From Nitrosopumilus sp. (GTDB lineage Archaea > Thermoproteota > Nitrososphaeria > Nitrososphaerales > Nitrosopumilaceae), in contig OY759726.1 of assembly GCA_963662625.1 (NCBI GenBank), forward strand, positions 608,001 to 672,000: a stretch of 64,000 nt of DNA, given 5' to 3'. The notes below the pieces were generated by a model. It was not told the origin of the DNA, did not search any database, and worked only from the letters and a program-made list of their open reading frames with translations. Made by a program: the position numbers and the translations under genes. Below, piece after piece: positions 30,785 to 41,300 of this stretch (the stretch's first letter is position 1; each line of letters opens with the position of its first letter).

Positions 30785-32029
30785 CTAGCCCAGGGTCACG
30801 GAGTCGTCGGCCTGGGTGTACTTTCCTAGCAGCACCCACTCCCCGCCGCGGATGCCCCACACCTCATAGTCCGCCTGGGCCAGGTCGCCCGCCTCGTTGA
30901 GCGTGGTCGGCCCGATCGCCCCGCTGTAGCCCGCGGCGATGCGTGGTATGGCCTCCCTGATGGTGCCGGGGTCGGAGCTCTGCGTGTCGAGCATCGCCAG
31001 CCCGATCACCCACACCGCGTCGTACGACGAGTGCACGAACGTGTTGGGCGTCCTGCCGAGCGTCTCGGTGAGGTGGTCCTGCACCTTCTGGTACGTCGGG
31101 TTCTTGGAGGCGGCCACCTGCACCGTGGTGAACTGGACGGCGGTCGAGAACTCCAGCCCTATGGGGTCGTCTACCAGCTTGTGCTCCTTGGTGTTGGCGC
31201 CCGGCCCGAACCACCTGACGTCGTCTAGGACGCCGTGCGAGGAGGAGGACTGGACGAACTGGAGGATCTCGGCAAAGCCCAGGAACACCACCGCTACCCT
31301 GTCGCTGCCGTACGCGTCGACGTGCCGCTGGACCTTCTCGGCCAGGAGCGACGCCGACGTGGAGAACTCCGGGGACTCTGGGTTGTAGCGGATCCCCTCG
31401 TCTGCCGTGCCGCCGCGCTCCACGAATGACGCGACCGTCGCCTCGCTCAGGCCGTCGCCCCACGTGTCGCCGCGCCACACCGGCACTATGGCCTCCATCC
31501 CCTCGTGCCGGACGAGCTTTGCCAGCGCGGTCCCCTGGTTGGTGTCGTCTGGGACCAGCCTGAAGACGCTGTCTCCGGGGATCGCCAGCGCCGGCGCCGA
31601 CGAGCAGCAGCTGACCAGCACCATGTTGTTGGAGTCAGAGTACCCCTTGATGTTCCTGATGTTGGAGCTGGTCTCCGGGCCGACCACTATCCCTATCCCC
31701 TTGGCGTTGAGCGAGGTCAGCTTCTCCAGCGCCATGACCGGGTTGGTCGCCGAGTCCTCGGACACCATCTTGAGGCGCCACGGGGCGTCGATCCCCTCCA
31801 GGTGGCGGTTGAACTCGGTCACCCCGAACTTGGAGCCCTCCCAGTTCTCCTCGCCGTGGGTGGCGAGGTCCCCGGTGAGCGGGAGGATCAGCCCGATGGT
31901 GACGTCGCCGGACAGCCCGGCCTCCCCGCCCTGGTCCCCCGGCGCGGGCTGCCCCGAGAGGGCCACTGCGACCGCGATGCCCGCCAGCGCCGCGGCAGCC
32001 GCGACGCCGGCCTTTTGCCGGGAGTTCAT
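30785..32029 (-). CDS. ABC transporter substrate-binding protein (LivJ/K-like, type I PBP)
   Basis: N-terminal hydrophobic anchor, IGLILPLTG, FRLVPDD, YDAVW, LNEAGD. Confidence 0.9.
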   Translation of the reverse strand: MNSRQKAGVAAAAALAGIAVAVALSGQPAPGDQGGEAGLSGDVTIGLILPLTGDLATHGEENWEGSKFGVTEFNRHLEGIDAPWRLKMVSEDSATNPVMALEKLTSLNAKGIGIVVGPETSSNIRNIKGYSDSNNMVLVSCCSSAPALAIPGDSVFRLVPDDTNQGTALAKLVRHEGMEAIVPVWRGDTWGDGLSEATVASFVERGGTADEGIRYNPESPEFSTSASLLAEKVQRHVDAYGSDRVAVVFLGFAEILQFVQSSSSHGVLDDVRWFGPGANTKEHKLVDDPIGLEFSTAVQFTTVQVAASKNPTYQKVQDHLTETLGRTPNTFVHSSYDAVWVIGLAMLDTQSSDPGTIREAIPRIAAGYSGAIGPTTLNEAGDLAQADYEVWGIRGGEWVLLGKYTQADDSVTLG

Positions 32030-32322
32030 TCACCGGGGTTTGGCATGCGGGGTTTTTAAGGGTTGGCCGGCACGCGGCCTGTTGCACAACCATGTCTGGA
32101 TCTGTCTTTATGGGTTGTTTTCTGTACCTGAAAATCGGGTCGCGCGGCAGACTGCTGGCCTGCGGCATGGTAGGCCGCTCCCTCCCTGCGTCCTGTGCGT
32201 CGGGCGGGCAACCTATCTCGATTCGACCTGCAAAAGGGTGAAAAAGAGGCGATTCCCGCATGACCTTGTGTTCGTACTGCTTACAAAGGCGTGTTTTTAA
32301 GCAAGAATCAGAGAGTGGGATC

Positions 32323-33462
32323 GTGGGAGAACGAGAAAGGCTGTCTTTAATCAAAAAAATTCAGGGACAGAGGGGGTCCAAAGTCATAACATATGTGGTG
32401 GGAGATCGACCTAACCTGAATTTTCAAATAGGCAGCGATACCCCTAGGCTGTTCTACGACCATTTAGTCAGGCTTGGTGACAAGATTCCAAGGTTGGATC
32501 TGTTCTTGTATAGCATCGGCGGGGACACAAGCGTGCCTTGGAGAATCATATCCTTGCTCAGAGAATTTGCGGGCGAGGTAAACGTGCTGGTACCACACAG
32601 AGCGTACAGTGCAGCAACCATGATTTGCATGGGTTCGGACAGCATTCTGATGGGGAGAAAGGGGGAGCTGGGACCAATTGATCCTGCCGTCACCAGCGAG
32701 TTTAACCCCATCGATCCAGTAATCCAAAATAGAAAAACGCCAATCAACGTAGAGGACGTAACCAGCTACCGTGACTTGATCAAAGAGAGATTCGGCATTG
32801 TTTCTTCTGAAGAGATCTCAAAAGCGTTATTGGAATTGACCAAGGCGGTTAATCCTGTTGCCTTGGGTTACATCAATCGGCACTATTCGTTCATCAGGAT
32901 GGTTGCGACCAAGCTTCTGAAATCCCACAACAAACCGTGCAATGACACAGTTATTGAAGAGCTCGTAAAAGAGCTGATCGAGAAAATATACTTTCACGGC
33001 CACGGGATAGCTAGGAAGGAAGCAAAGAGCATCGGCCTGCAGGTGGTTGAGCCCGACCTGCGCTTGGAAAAGGCGATGTGGGGCCTGTACCTAGAGTATG
33101 AGAAAGAGATGACTCTCTCAATGCCTTTTGTCCCGGAGGACATCTTGGAAGACCAAAAGACAGACAGCTACACGATGAAGGCAGTTTCTGGCGCATATAT
33201 CGAGTCTGAGAACTTTTGCCACGTGTTTGAAACGGACGTGAAACTCACTGCCACAAGGGCGGTCCCACAGAACCTCGCCATAAACATAAATTTCCAGATG
33301 CCGCGGCAGGCCGACCAGGCACGACTTGAAAATGCTGACCTGAGGCACGTTCAACAGCAAATCCAGCAGGTGGTTCAGGAGGAGGTCAGGAGGCAGTCCC
33401 CCGTGGTCGGATTTGACAGCAGGGTGACCCGGCTTAACTGGCACCAGAAAGACTGGCACTAA
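32323..33462 (+). CDS. ClpP-fold serine protease (SDH/DUF114 family)
   Basis: LDLFLYSIGG, AYSAATM, LGPIDP, HGHGI; AT-rich. Confidence 0.85.
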   Translation: MGERERLSLIKKIQGQRGSKVITYVVGDRPNLNFQIGSDTPRLFYDHLVRLGDKIPRLDLFLYSIGGDTSVPWRIISLLREFAGEVNVLVPHRAYSAATMICMGSDSILMGRKGELGPIDPAVTSEFNPIDPVIQNRKTPINVEDVTSYRDLIKERFGIVSSEEISKALLELTKAVNPVALGYINRHYSFIRMVATKLLKSHNKPCNDTVIEELVKELIEKIYFHGHGIARKEAKSIGLQVVEPDLRLEKAMWGLYLEYEKEMTLSMPFVPEDILEDQKTDSYTMKAVSGAYIESENFCHVFETDVKLTATRAVPQNLAININFQMPRQADQARLENADLRHVQQQIQQVVQEEVRRQSPVVGFDSRVTRLNWHQKDWH

Positions 33463-33608
33463 GCAGGCGAAAACGACTCGCTTGCGGAGGTGTAGTCCTT
33501 GATTATTGGCGACTGGACGATCTTGATCTGGAATTTCGAGCTTGCATACGTGGTCTTGAAGGTCGTGAACGGAACTACGCTCACGGTTACCTTGACTTTC
33601 TTTTCCAT
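33459..33608 (-). CDS. Small hypothetical protein (49 aa)
   Basis: MEKKVKVTVSVVPFTTFKTTYASSKFQIKIVQSPIIKDYTSASESFSPA; TTTAAATA box ~20-30 bp upstream; stop overlaps the protease stop. Confidence 0.5.
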   Translation of the reverse strand: MEKKVKVTVSVVPFTTFKTTYASSKFQIKIVQSPIIKDYTSASESFSPA

Positions 33609-34289
33609 TGCGCCTTGGTTTACTTGCATATATTTAAAGGATTGAATGTTTGGCGCGCGAGTCCACGACTGGCGCCTGCATGACGGTCATGGTGCAGGTC
33701 ATGCCGTGGGCCGCCCCCGGCACGCCCCCGTCCGGGCCGGCTTGCGCCGGCACGGCCTCTCGTTGTTGGGCCGCGGGGCGCCCCGGCGGCCGGCATGTGC
33801 CACATTATGGCAGCCGTCCCCGTCGGCCGCCACGGTTGTGGCCGACGTGCGCTTGTCTGCATGCATTCTGCGCGTGGGTGCATGTGCCACGTCCATCCTA
33901 GCGCCACATCACACGGCCGCGTTAGTGGCCGCGTACTCGGCGGCGCCGGCCGGGTTGTCGGGGCCCGTTTTTTTGATCCTCCCGTGTGCGGCGGTTCCCG
34001 GACTGGGAGGCCACCGGCACCGGGAGATCCCAAGAAGGCGTACAGGAAAGATGCCGGATCTGGGGTCAAAACCAAGATGCCGCGGCGAACACGGCGTGCG
34101 CGAACAACGGGAGCACCCGACACGCGGAAGGGTGGCCGCTCCTGGGCCGTCCCGCGATCCGACGCGCCGCCCCTGCGGCGCATGCAGGCCAACATGCTCC
34201 CGCGCATGCGGGGGCGGGGTTGGTTTCTGCGGCATGCCTTCAAATAATGCACGCTGGTGCCGGGCAGGGTGGCGTTGGGCCTTGCTCCG

Positions 34290-35075
34290 TTACTTTTTTA
34301 ATTTCTTGGCCATTACGTACCCAAGCCCCAATGCAGCCAAACCGCCAATGGCAACCTCCCACCACTTCAATGGCTTGTCAGGACCCACTTTTTTAGGCAG
34401 GCGGCACGTTTTTGGGACTGGCGCGATTATCGAATGCCTGATTGCTGCACGATCCAAAATTACTGGCGGGGCATCATGAGGAGGATAGCTGTGTGCTGGG
34501 TTGATGTGGGCTAGCGGGTAGTCCGGCGGCGGTTCCATCTCGGACTCTATGATGCCATCCGGCATGACTTTGACGTGTATTTGCAGCTGTTCCCGCAACC
34601 GGAATGCCAGCCCGAAAACCTGGCCGTGGTCGTCTTCACGTATTTGTTTCTTGAACCCCAGGCCGATCAGCCTTTGCCGAAACAGCGAGACGTCCTTGGG
34701 GCGGATCTTGAAACACCTGCAGTGGTGCTCGTCTGATGAATTTGGCGTGTTGCTTGTCAGGATGAGGCCCCGACGATCGTGGTCCAGGTCCGTGATTCAT
34801 TCTAAAAGCAGCTGCAGGTACACCCCGTCCTCGGTTTGGACGTGGGGGACCTTGCGGAGATCGTCCGCCGTCCCGCTCAGGAGCAGGGTTTCCTGCATCG
34901 GGCCGTTCTTTGCGGTGCCCCACAACTTTGATCTGGGCCTGGTCTTTGCGCGGCCCTCGACTATTTCCACGTTGGTTTTTTTGGAGTGCTCCCTCAGCGC
35001 TTGGACCGACTTGTCGAGCTTCGGCCTGTCATAGCCGGCAAGAACGGCATGGGCGGACTCGGCCGCGCCCGCCAC
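34290..35075 (-). pseudogene. Single gene interrupted by an in-frame TGA; uS10-like N-terminus and C-terminal TM anchor
   Basis: ORFs 34797-35234 and 34290-34598 share a frame and read through continuously apart from TGA at 34797-34799; start uncertain. Confidence 0.6.
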
Positions 35076-35397
35076 GCCCCGGGACTGGATTTTGTGTTTG
35101 CCGGGACGGGTGACACGCCGCGTGGGAGCGCCCGGCAGTCCCGAGGAATGGGGCGGGCGCACGCCGCCATGGCAAGGGTTCGGGGCCGGGCCGCGTATAC
35201 CTGCCTGCCGTGACCGTTTTCCCATGCATAACATGCGTGATTCCGCCTATAAAGGCACGACGCCGTCCCGCGCCTGGCCGTGGGTGCCCGGGCGCCGCCT
35301 GCGTGCACGCGGCACCAGGCGCGCACGGGCCGTTAACGCGCCGCCTTGGGCAGCCCGGCGCGGGCAGGATGCGGCCTTGGCCGGGGGGCGCTCCCGC

Positions 35398-38300
35398 CTA
35401 CGTCGCCGGCGCCAGGCCTATGGCCATCGTGACCGACGAGCCGGGCGCCGGGTCGATCGCCGTGTGCACGCCCTTTATCTTGCTCGCCGCGTCCGTGGGC
35501 GAGGTCGCCACGTACCCCGCCGGGAGGGCCACCTGCGCGACCCAGTCGGCCGGCGCGATGTCGGTCTTCGACGCCGCCCCGCCGGCGCCGGTGGTGACCG
35601 CCTCCAGCTCGTTGGTGGTGTACGAGTAGACGTCGATCCTGATTCCGGGGAACGGCCCCTCGCCGGGGTCCCTGACCCCGTTGGCGTTGTCGTCCCTGTA
35701 CACCGTGGCGTACAGCGAGACGGCCTCCTCGGGCAGCACCTGGCGGAAGCCCACGTCGAAGGTGGCCGTCCCGCCCCTGGCCGGCGCCAGGTACGCGTAG
35801 AAGCTCGGCGTGGTGAGGGTGTGGTCGAACGGGAAGTAGGTGGCCTGGAGCAGCGTGAGGCGCGGCGACGGCGGTATGGCGTCAAAGGCGTACCCGCCGT
35901 CGGCGCCCGTCGTCGATTCCTGCAGGGCGCCGGTCAGCACGTCTATGGCGTACATCGCGTAGCCCGGCAGGCCGGGCTCGCCGGCGCCCTGCCTGCCGTC
36001 GCCGTCGGCGTCGGTGAAGACGGTCCCCGACAGCGTGGCGTAGACCGACGGCGACAGCGGTTCCAGCGCAAAGTCGACGGTCTGGGCGGCCCCCGGGGCC
36101 ACCGTGACCGTCCTGGAGTAGGACTGGCCCGCCGACGGGACGTGCGTGTCCGGCGCGTCCACCTGGGCGGTCCAGGGCCCGGCCGCGACGTTCGAGAAGG
36201 AATAGTACCCGCCGGCGTTGGACCTCGCGGTGTAGGTGGCCCCGGCGCCGTAGAGGGTGACGCCGGCCTCGATCCCGGCCTCCCCCGCGTCCCGGATCCC
36301 GTCGCCGTCGGAGTCGCTGAAGACCGTCCCCCGTATGGACGGGGTGGACGCGGCCCCGCGGTCCTTCCAGGCGCCGCCCTCCACCGCCCAGAGGTTGAAG
36401 CTGCGCAGCGCCAGGTCGCCGTTTGCGTCAAGCGCGTTGGGCCCCAGGGCGCCGCCCGTCCTGGCCGCGGCGGCCGCCGGCACGTGCGGGAGCACGTCCG
36501 TCCCGGTGGCGCTCTGGGCCCGGTCTATGGCCTGGCCCGCCACCCAGACGGCGTCGTAGGAGGAGTACGCGTACACCGACGGGTCCCTGCCCAGGCCGTC
36601 CCTGACGTACTTTGCGACGGCGGCCGTCGCGTCGGTGCGCTGCTCCTTGAACTGGATGGAGGTCAGCCGCGTGGACTCCGCGAACGCCAGCGCCGCCGGG
36701 TCGGCGGTGATCCTGGGGCTGTTGGCGTTCACGCCCGCGTCGAACCACTTCAGCGAGGGGAGCGCGTCCGTGGCGGCCGCGGCGGCCGACAGGCCCGCCA
36801 GCTCGGCCCACCCGAGGAAGAGCACCCCCACGCCCGAGGCGTCGGCGCGGCCCTGGACGGCGGCCTGCGCGGCCCGCGCCGTGGCCGCAAAGTCCGCCGT
36901 GCCCGGCTCGTAGGGCACCCGCGACGCCACGGTGCCGCCCCTGGCCTCGTAGGCCGCCGCGGCGGCGGCGAGCATGTCGTTCCCCCAGGTGTCGTTCCTG
37001 TATATTATCACCAGCGAGTCCGTGCCCGAGTCGACGGCGTGCTGCGCGAGCAGCGGCGCCAGGGAGGTGCTCGTCGGGCTCATCCGGAATATCCCGTCGG
37101 GCTTTGCCAGCGACGGCGCCGCCGAGCAGCAGCTCACCAGCACCATCCCGTTGGCGTTGACATAGTCGGCCACGTACTTTACGCTGGCGCTGGTCGGGAC
37201 CCCGAGCACCACGTCGACGCCCTGGGCCTTGAGGGACTGGATCTGCCTCAGCGTGGTCGGGCCGTCCAGCCCGTTGTCCTGGTACGGCGCGGCCAGCGTC
37301 CACCCCCTGCCCTGCGAGGCGAGCCACGCGTTGAGGTCGTCGACGGCCTTGGCCGACGCCAGCCTGGCCTCCTGCCCCTCCAGCTTTACGGCGGGCGCCT
37401 CGGAGAGCAGCAGCCCCACCTTGACGCTGCCTGCAAGCGGCGTTACGCACGCGCCGGTGTACGGGTGCTGCCCCTGCCCCGGCCCGCACACCCCCGTGGA
37501 GACGGATGTGCCGTCGGTGGTCGCCGCCGCCCGGACGCCGGCGTTCCCCGCCAGGTCGGAATAGTCTATCGAGAACGTGACGGGGGCGCCCAGCGACGCC
37601 AGGTCCGTGAACGTCCGCGACGCCGTCCACGCGTTCCCCTGCCCGCCGGCGGCCTGGGCCGCGGAGCCGTTGATCGTGGCCGAGGGGGCCGATATCGGCT
37701 CGGACGCCGCGAACCCCAGCGTCACGGTGTCGCCCACGGTGGCAAGGCCGGGGTCGGCGTTCGACGAGTACATGGTGACGGAGAGGAGCGACGGGGCCTG
37801 GCCGTCGGCCGCGGGGACGGTGCGGGGCCCGGCAAGCGCGTTGCCGTCGGCGTCGCGGATCCCGCCGCCCAGGGTGAGCGTCGCCGTGGCGTGGGCTGGC
37901 ACCGCGGGGCCGCCGAACGTCACCGCGGCCGAGGGGCCGGATATTGCGGCGGCCGTGGCGGTCCTGGGGCCCCCGGGCGACAGCTCCAGGCCGGTAAAGT
38001 CCGCGGCGGCGGCCGTGACGGGCTCGGTGAAGGTGACGGTTATCTGGTTGGGCCCGGTCACCGCCGAGGAGGCGTGGAGCGGCGGGAGTCCCACGTTGCT
38101 GTAGGTCACCGACGAGCCGTCCGTCGTCGCGGTCACCCGCGCCCCGGCCTGCCCGTCCAGGCCGGTATAGTCTATCGTGAACGCGACCCCGCCGTCGGCG
38201 TCGCCCTGGCCCATGGTCCTGGACGCGGTCCACTGGTTGCCCGACGGGTTGGAGACGCCGGTCACATGGATGCCGCCGATGGTCACCGTGGGGATGGCCA

Positions 38301-41300
38301 CCGTCTCGGAGGCCGTGAAGGTCACCGTGACGGCGTCCCCGACCGTGGCCTGGTACGCGCTCGTCGCGTTGTCCGACGATATGGAGACGGCGGTCAGCGC
38401 CGGCGGCTGGCCCGCCGTGGCGCGCTGGCCGCTGGCCCCCGCAAACGCGGCACCGTCGTTGTCCACCACCCCGGTGCCGATGTCGAGGATGGCCGTGGCG
38501 TCTGTGGACACGCCGGGGCCCCCAAAGGCAAGCACCAGGGTGGCCGAGCCCGAGCCGGATACCGCCGTGACGGCCCTCTGGCCCCCGGGGAAGAGCTGCA
38601 GGTTGGCAAAGTCGGAGGCGGCGGCGCGGACGCCCTCGGAGAAGACCAGCGTTATCTGGTTCGGGCCCGTGACTGCCGCGGACAGCAGCACTGGGACCTG
38701 CCCGGCGGTGACCGCGACGTTGTCCAGCGCCGTAAGCGGGTTGCGCACCAGGTCGGCCACCTGCGACGACACATCCATGACGCCAGAGGCCCCCACCGGG
38801 GCCCTGCCGCCGCCGAAGGTGAGCACTATGGTGTCGGTTCCGGAGCCCGATGCCGCCGTGACTTCCCTCATGTCCGCGCTGCCGCTCAGCCACAGGTTGG
38901 TAAAGTGCGCGGCCTCGGCGTCGACGGGTTCTGAGAACCTGACGGTGATCTCGTTGCCGTCCGTGACCGACGCGGAGACCAGCGTCGGGGGGGCCCTATT
39001 CTCGATCCTTATGGTCTTTGCCCCAAGCGCGATGTCGGCCAGGTCCTTGACGGCGGTGACCTGGACCGTCCCGGTCGTGGTGTCGGGGGCGCGACTGCCG
39101 ATGTAGGTTATGTAATGGATCGAACCGCTCAGATTCGTGTCCGTGACGTTCCTGTAGTCGTCGGTGCCCAGCACCAGCCCCGTGTAGGACGAGCCGGCGT
39201 GGGCTTTGACAGCCTCGGAGTAGGCCACGGCTATTGTCATGCCGGAGGCAAACTCCCCCCGGAGCGCGACCGGGGCCTGCCCGTCGGCCACCGGGATGCC
39301 GGGGTACCTGGCATCAGGGGCCCTCGGCTTCGTGTACCCGTCGGCATCCCCCGCGAACTTGTTGCCCGCGGCATCTGTCACCGAGTCCAGGATGTCGATC
39401 TTTGCGGTGGAGTCGGTCTTTGTGACCCTTGGGCCGTCAAAGGCAATGAGGTATGCGGATCCCGCCCCCGTGACGCCCGTGATCTTTCTGGCGTCCGGGG
39501 AGGCGCCGGGCCCGGGGATGATCCTGAGGTTGTCAAAGTCCGCCCTCGTGGCAGATACCCTCTCGGAGAACTCCGCGGTAAGCTGGTTGGGGCCGGTGAC
39601 GGACATCCTCACGGAGGGGGCCTGCCCGTCGCCGACCAGCTGGTCGTTGAGCGGCCTTATCATGTTTGGCGTGGCGGCTTTGTCGATCAGGGCAGATATG
39701 TCGATGGTCGCGTGGGAGCCGGTGGGGGCCTTGCCGCCGGCGAAGGTGAGCGTTATGGTGCTGGGGTTGGGGAAGGCGATGCCATCGACGGCCCGCGGGT
39801 GGTTGCCGTTGAGCCTCAGGTCGTAAAAGTTGTTCTCGTATGCGGTCACGGGCTCCGAGAACACCAAGGTTATCTGGTTTGCGGCCGTGATCTTGGCGGA
39901 GACCAGCTTCGGGATCTGTCCCGCCGTGACGGTGTAGGTTATGTACCCGGGCGCGTCCGGGACCCAGAGCCTGTTTCCGGCGGGATCGGAGATTCCCCCG
40001 GTGACGCCTATGGTTCCCGAGGTGCCGGTGGGCACGGCTGGGCCGCCGAAGGTAAGGTCAAGGATGGCGGAGGAGGAGTTGGTGGTGTCCGGGGATACGG
40101 AGTTGACGTTCCTGTAGCTGCCGTCGGACAGGCGGAACGACACGAACGCGGACCGTATGTCGCCGCCGGCGGGCGCCGTGACGGGCTCTGAGAACTCCGC
40201 GGTCGCCTTGTTGGGCGCGGTGATGGAGATCGACTCCAGGACGGGCGCCTGCCCGTCGCCGACCGGGATTGCGTATTTCTTGCTGGCAGTGATCGGGTAG
40301 ATTACCCCCGGATACCCCCCCGCGAACTTGTTGGCCGCCGAGCGGTCGGCTACCCGGTTTGATATGTCGATGTAGCCCTGCGCGTCGTCGCCTACGCCCT
40401 TGCCGTCAAAGGTCATGGTGTAGGTGGAGCCCGATCCCGTAAAGCTTGTGATCTCTCTTGCGTCGGTGCTGCCGGCCATGGTGCCGATCCCAAAGCCGGC
40501 AAAGTGATCCCTTGCAGCATAGACGGGCTCCGAGAACTCCGCGGTAAGCTGGTTGGGCCCGGTGACGGACATCTTCACGGTGGGGGCCTGCCCGTCTCCG
40601 ACCCGCTGATTGTCGAGATTCCCGATCGTGTTACGCGGGGTGGCGGCGTCGTAGACGCCCGTGATGTCTATGGTGGCCGTGGAGCCGGTCGGGGCCCCGT
40701 TCCCGCCGGAGTCGTCGGCAAAGGTCAGGGTGTATGTGGCGCTCGGCCCGTTGCCCGGGGATATGCCGGTGATCAACCTTGCGGTGGTGCTGCCGTCGAG
40801 CCTCAGGTCGCCGAAGTCTCCCAGCACGGCGGTGACGGGCTCGGTAAAGATCGCGGTTATTTCGTTGGGCGCGGTGATCCTGACAGAGTCCACGGCCGGG
40901 ATCTGCGCGGCCTCCACGGTTCCGCCCCTCACCGGGGCCAGCCTGTTGCCCGTGGCGTCCGCCACGCCGCTGCTGACGCTGATGGCTGCGGTCTTGCGCA
41001 CGCCTACCGGGCCCGGCGTCGTGTCGGTGCCGATGTCAAACGTGATCTTAAAGTCCGAGGCGGCTGTGCCTTCCGACACGGTGGTTATTCCCCTGGGGGC
41101 GCGCTCGCCGGAGATTGTCAGGTTCGTGACGTTGGAATAGTTGCTATTGTCCCACGCCGTTACGGTGGGTGCATTCATGCGCTCGGAGAACCTCAGTGTG
41201 ACCTGGTCGCTCTCTGTGATGCCAGCCCATTCCAGCCTCGGCGCCTGGCCGTCGTGGACTGCCGCGTTGAACTCGGTGGGGACCGGGTCGCCGGCGAGGA

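Noticed and set aside
34797-34799. In-frame TGA as selenocysteine
   Set aside because: No redox-motif context, no Sec machinery in the window, and the lineage is not known to use Sec.
35092-38934. 1,280-aa plus-strand ORF and similar long antisense ORFs (e.g. 55619-58228)
   Set aside because: Arg/Gly/Pro-rich shadow frames of GC3-rich genes on the opposite strand.
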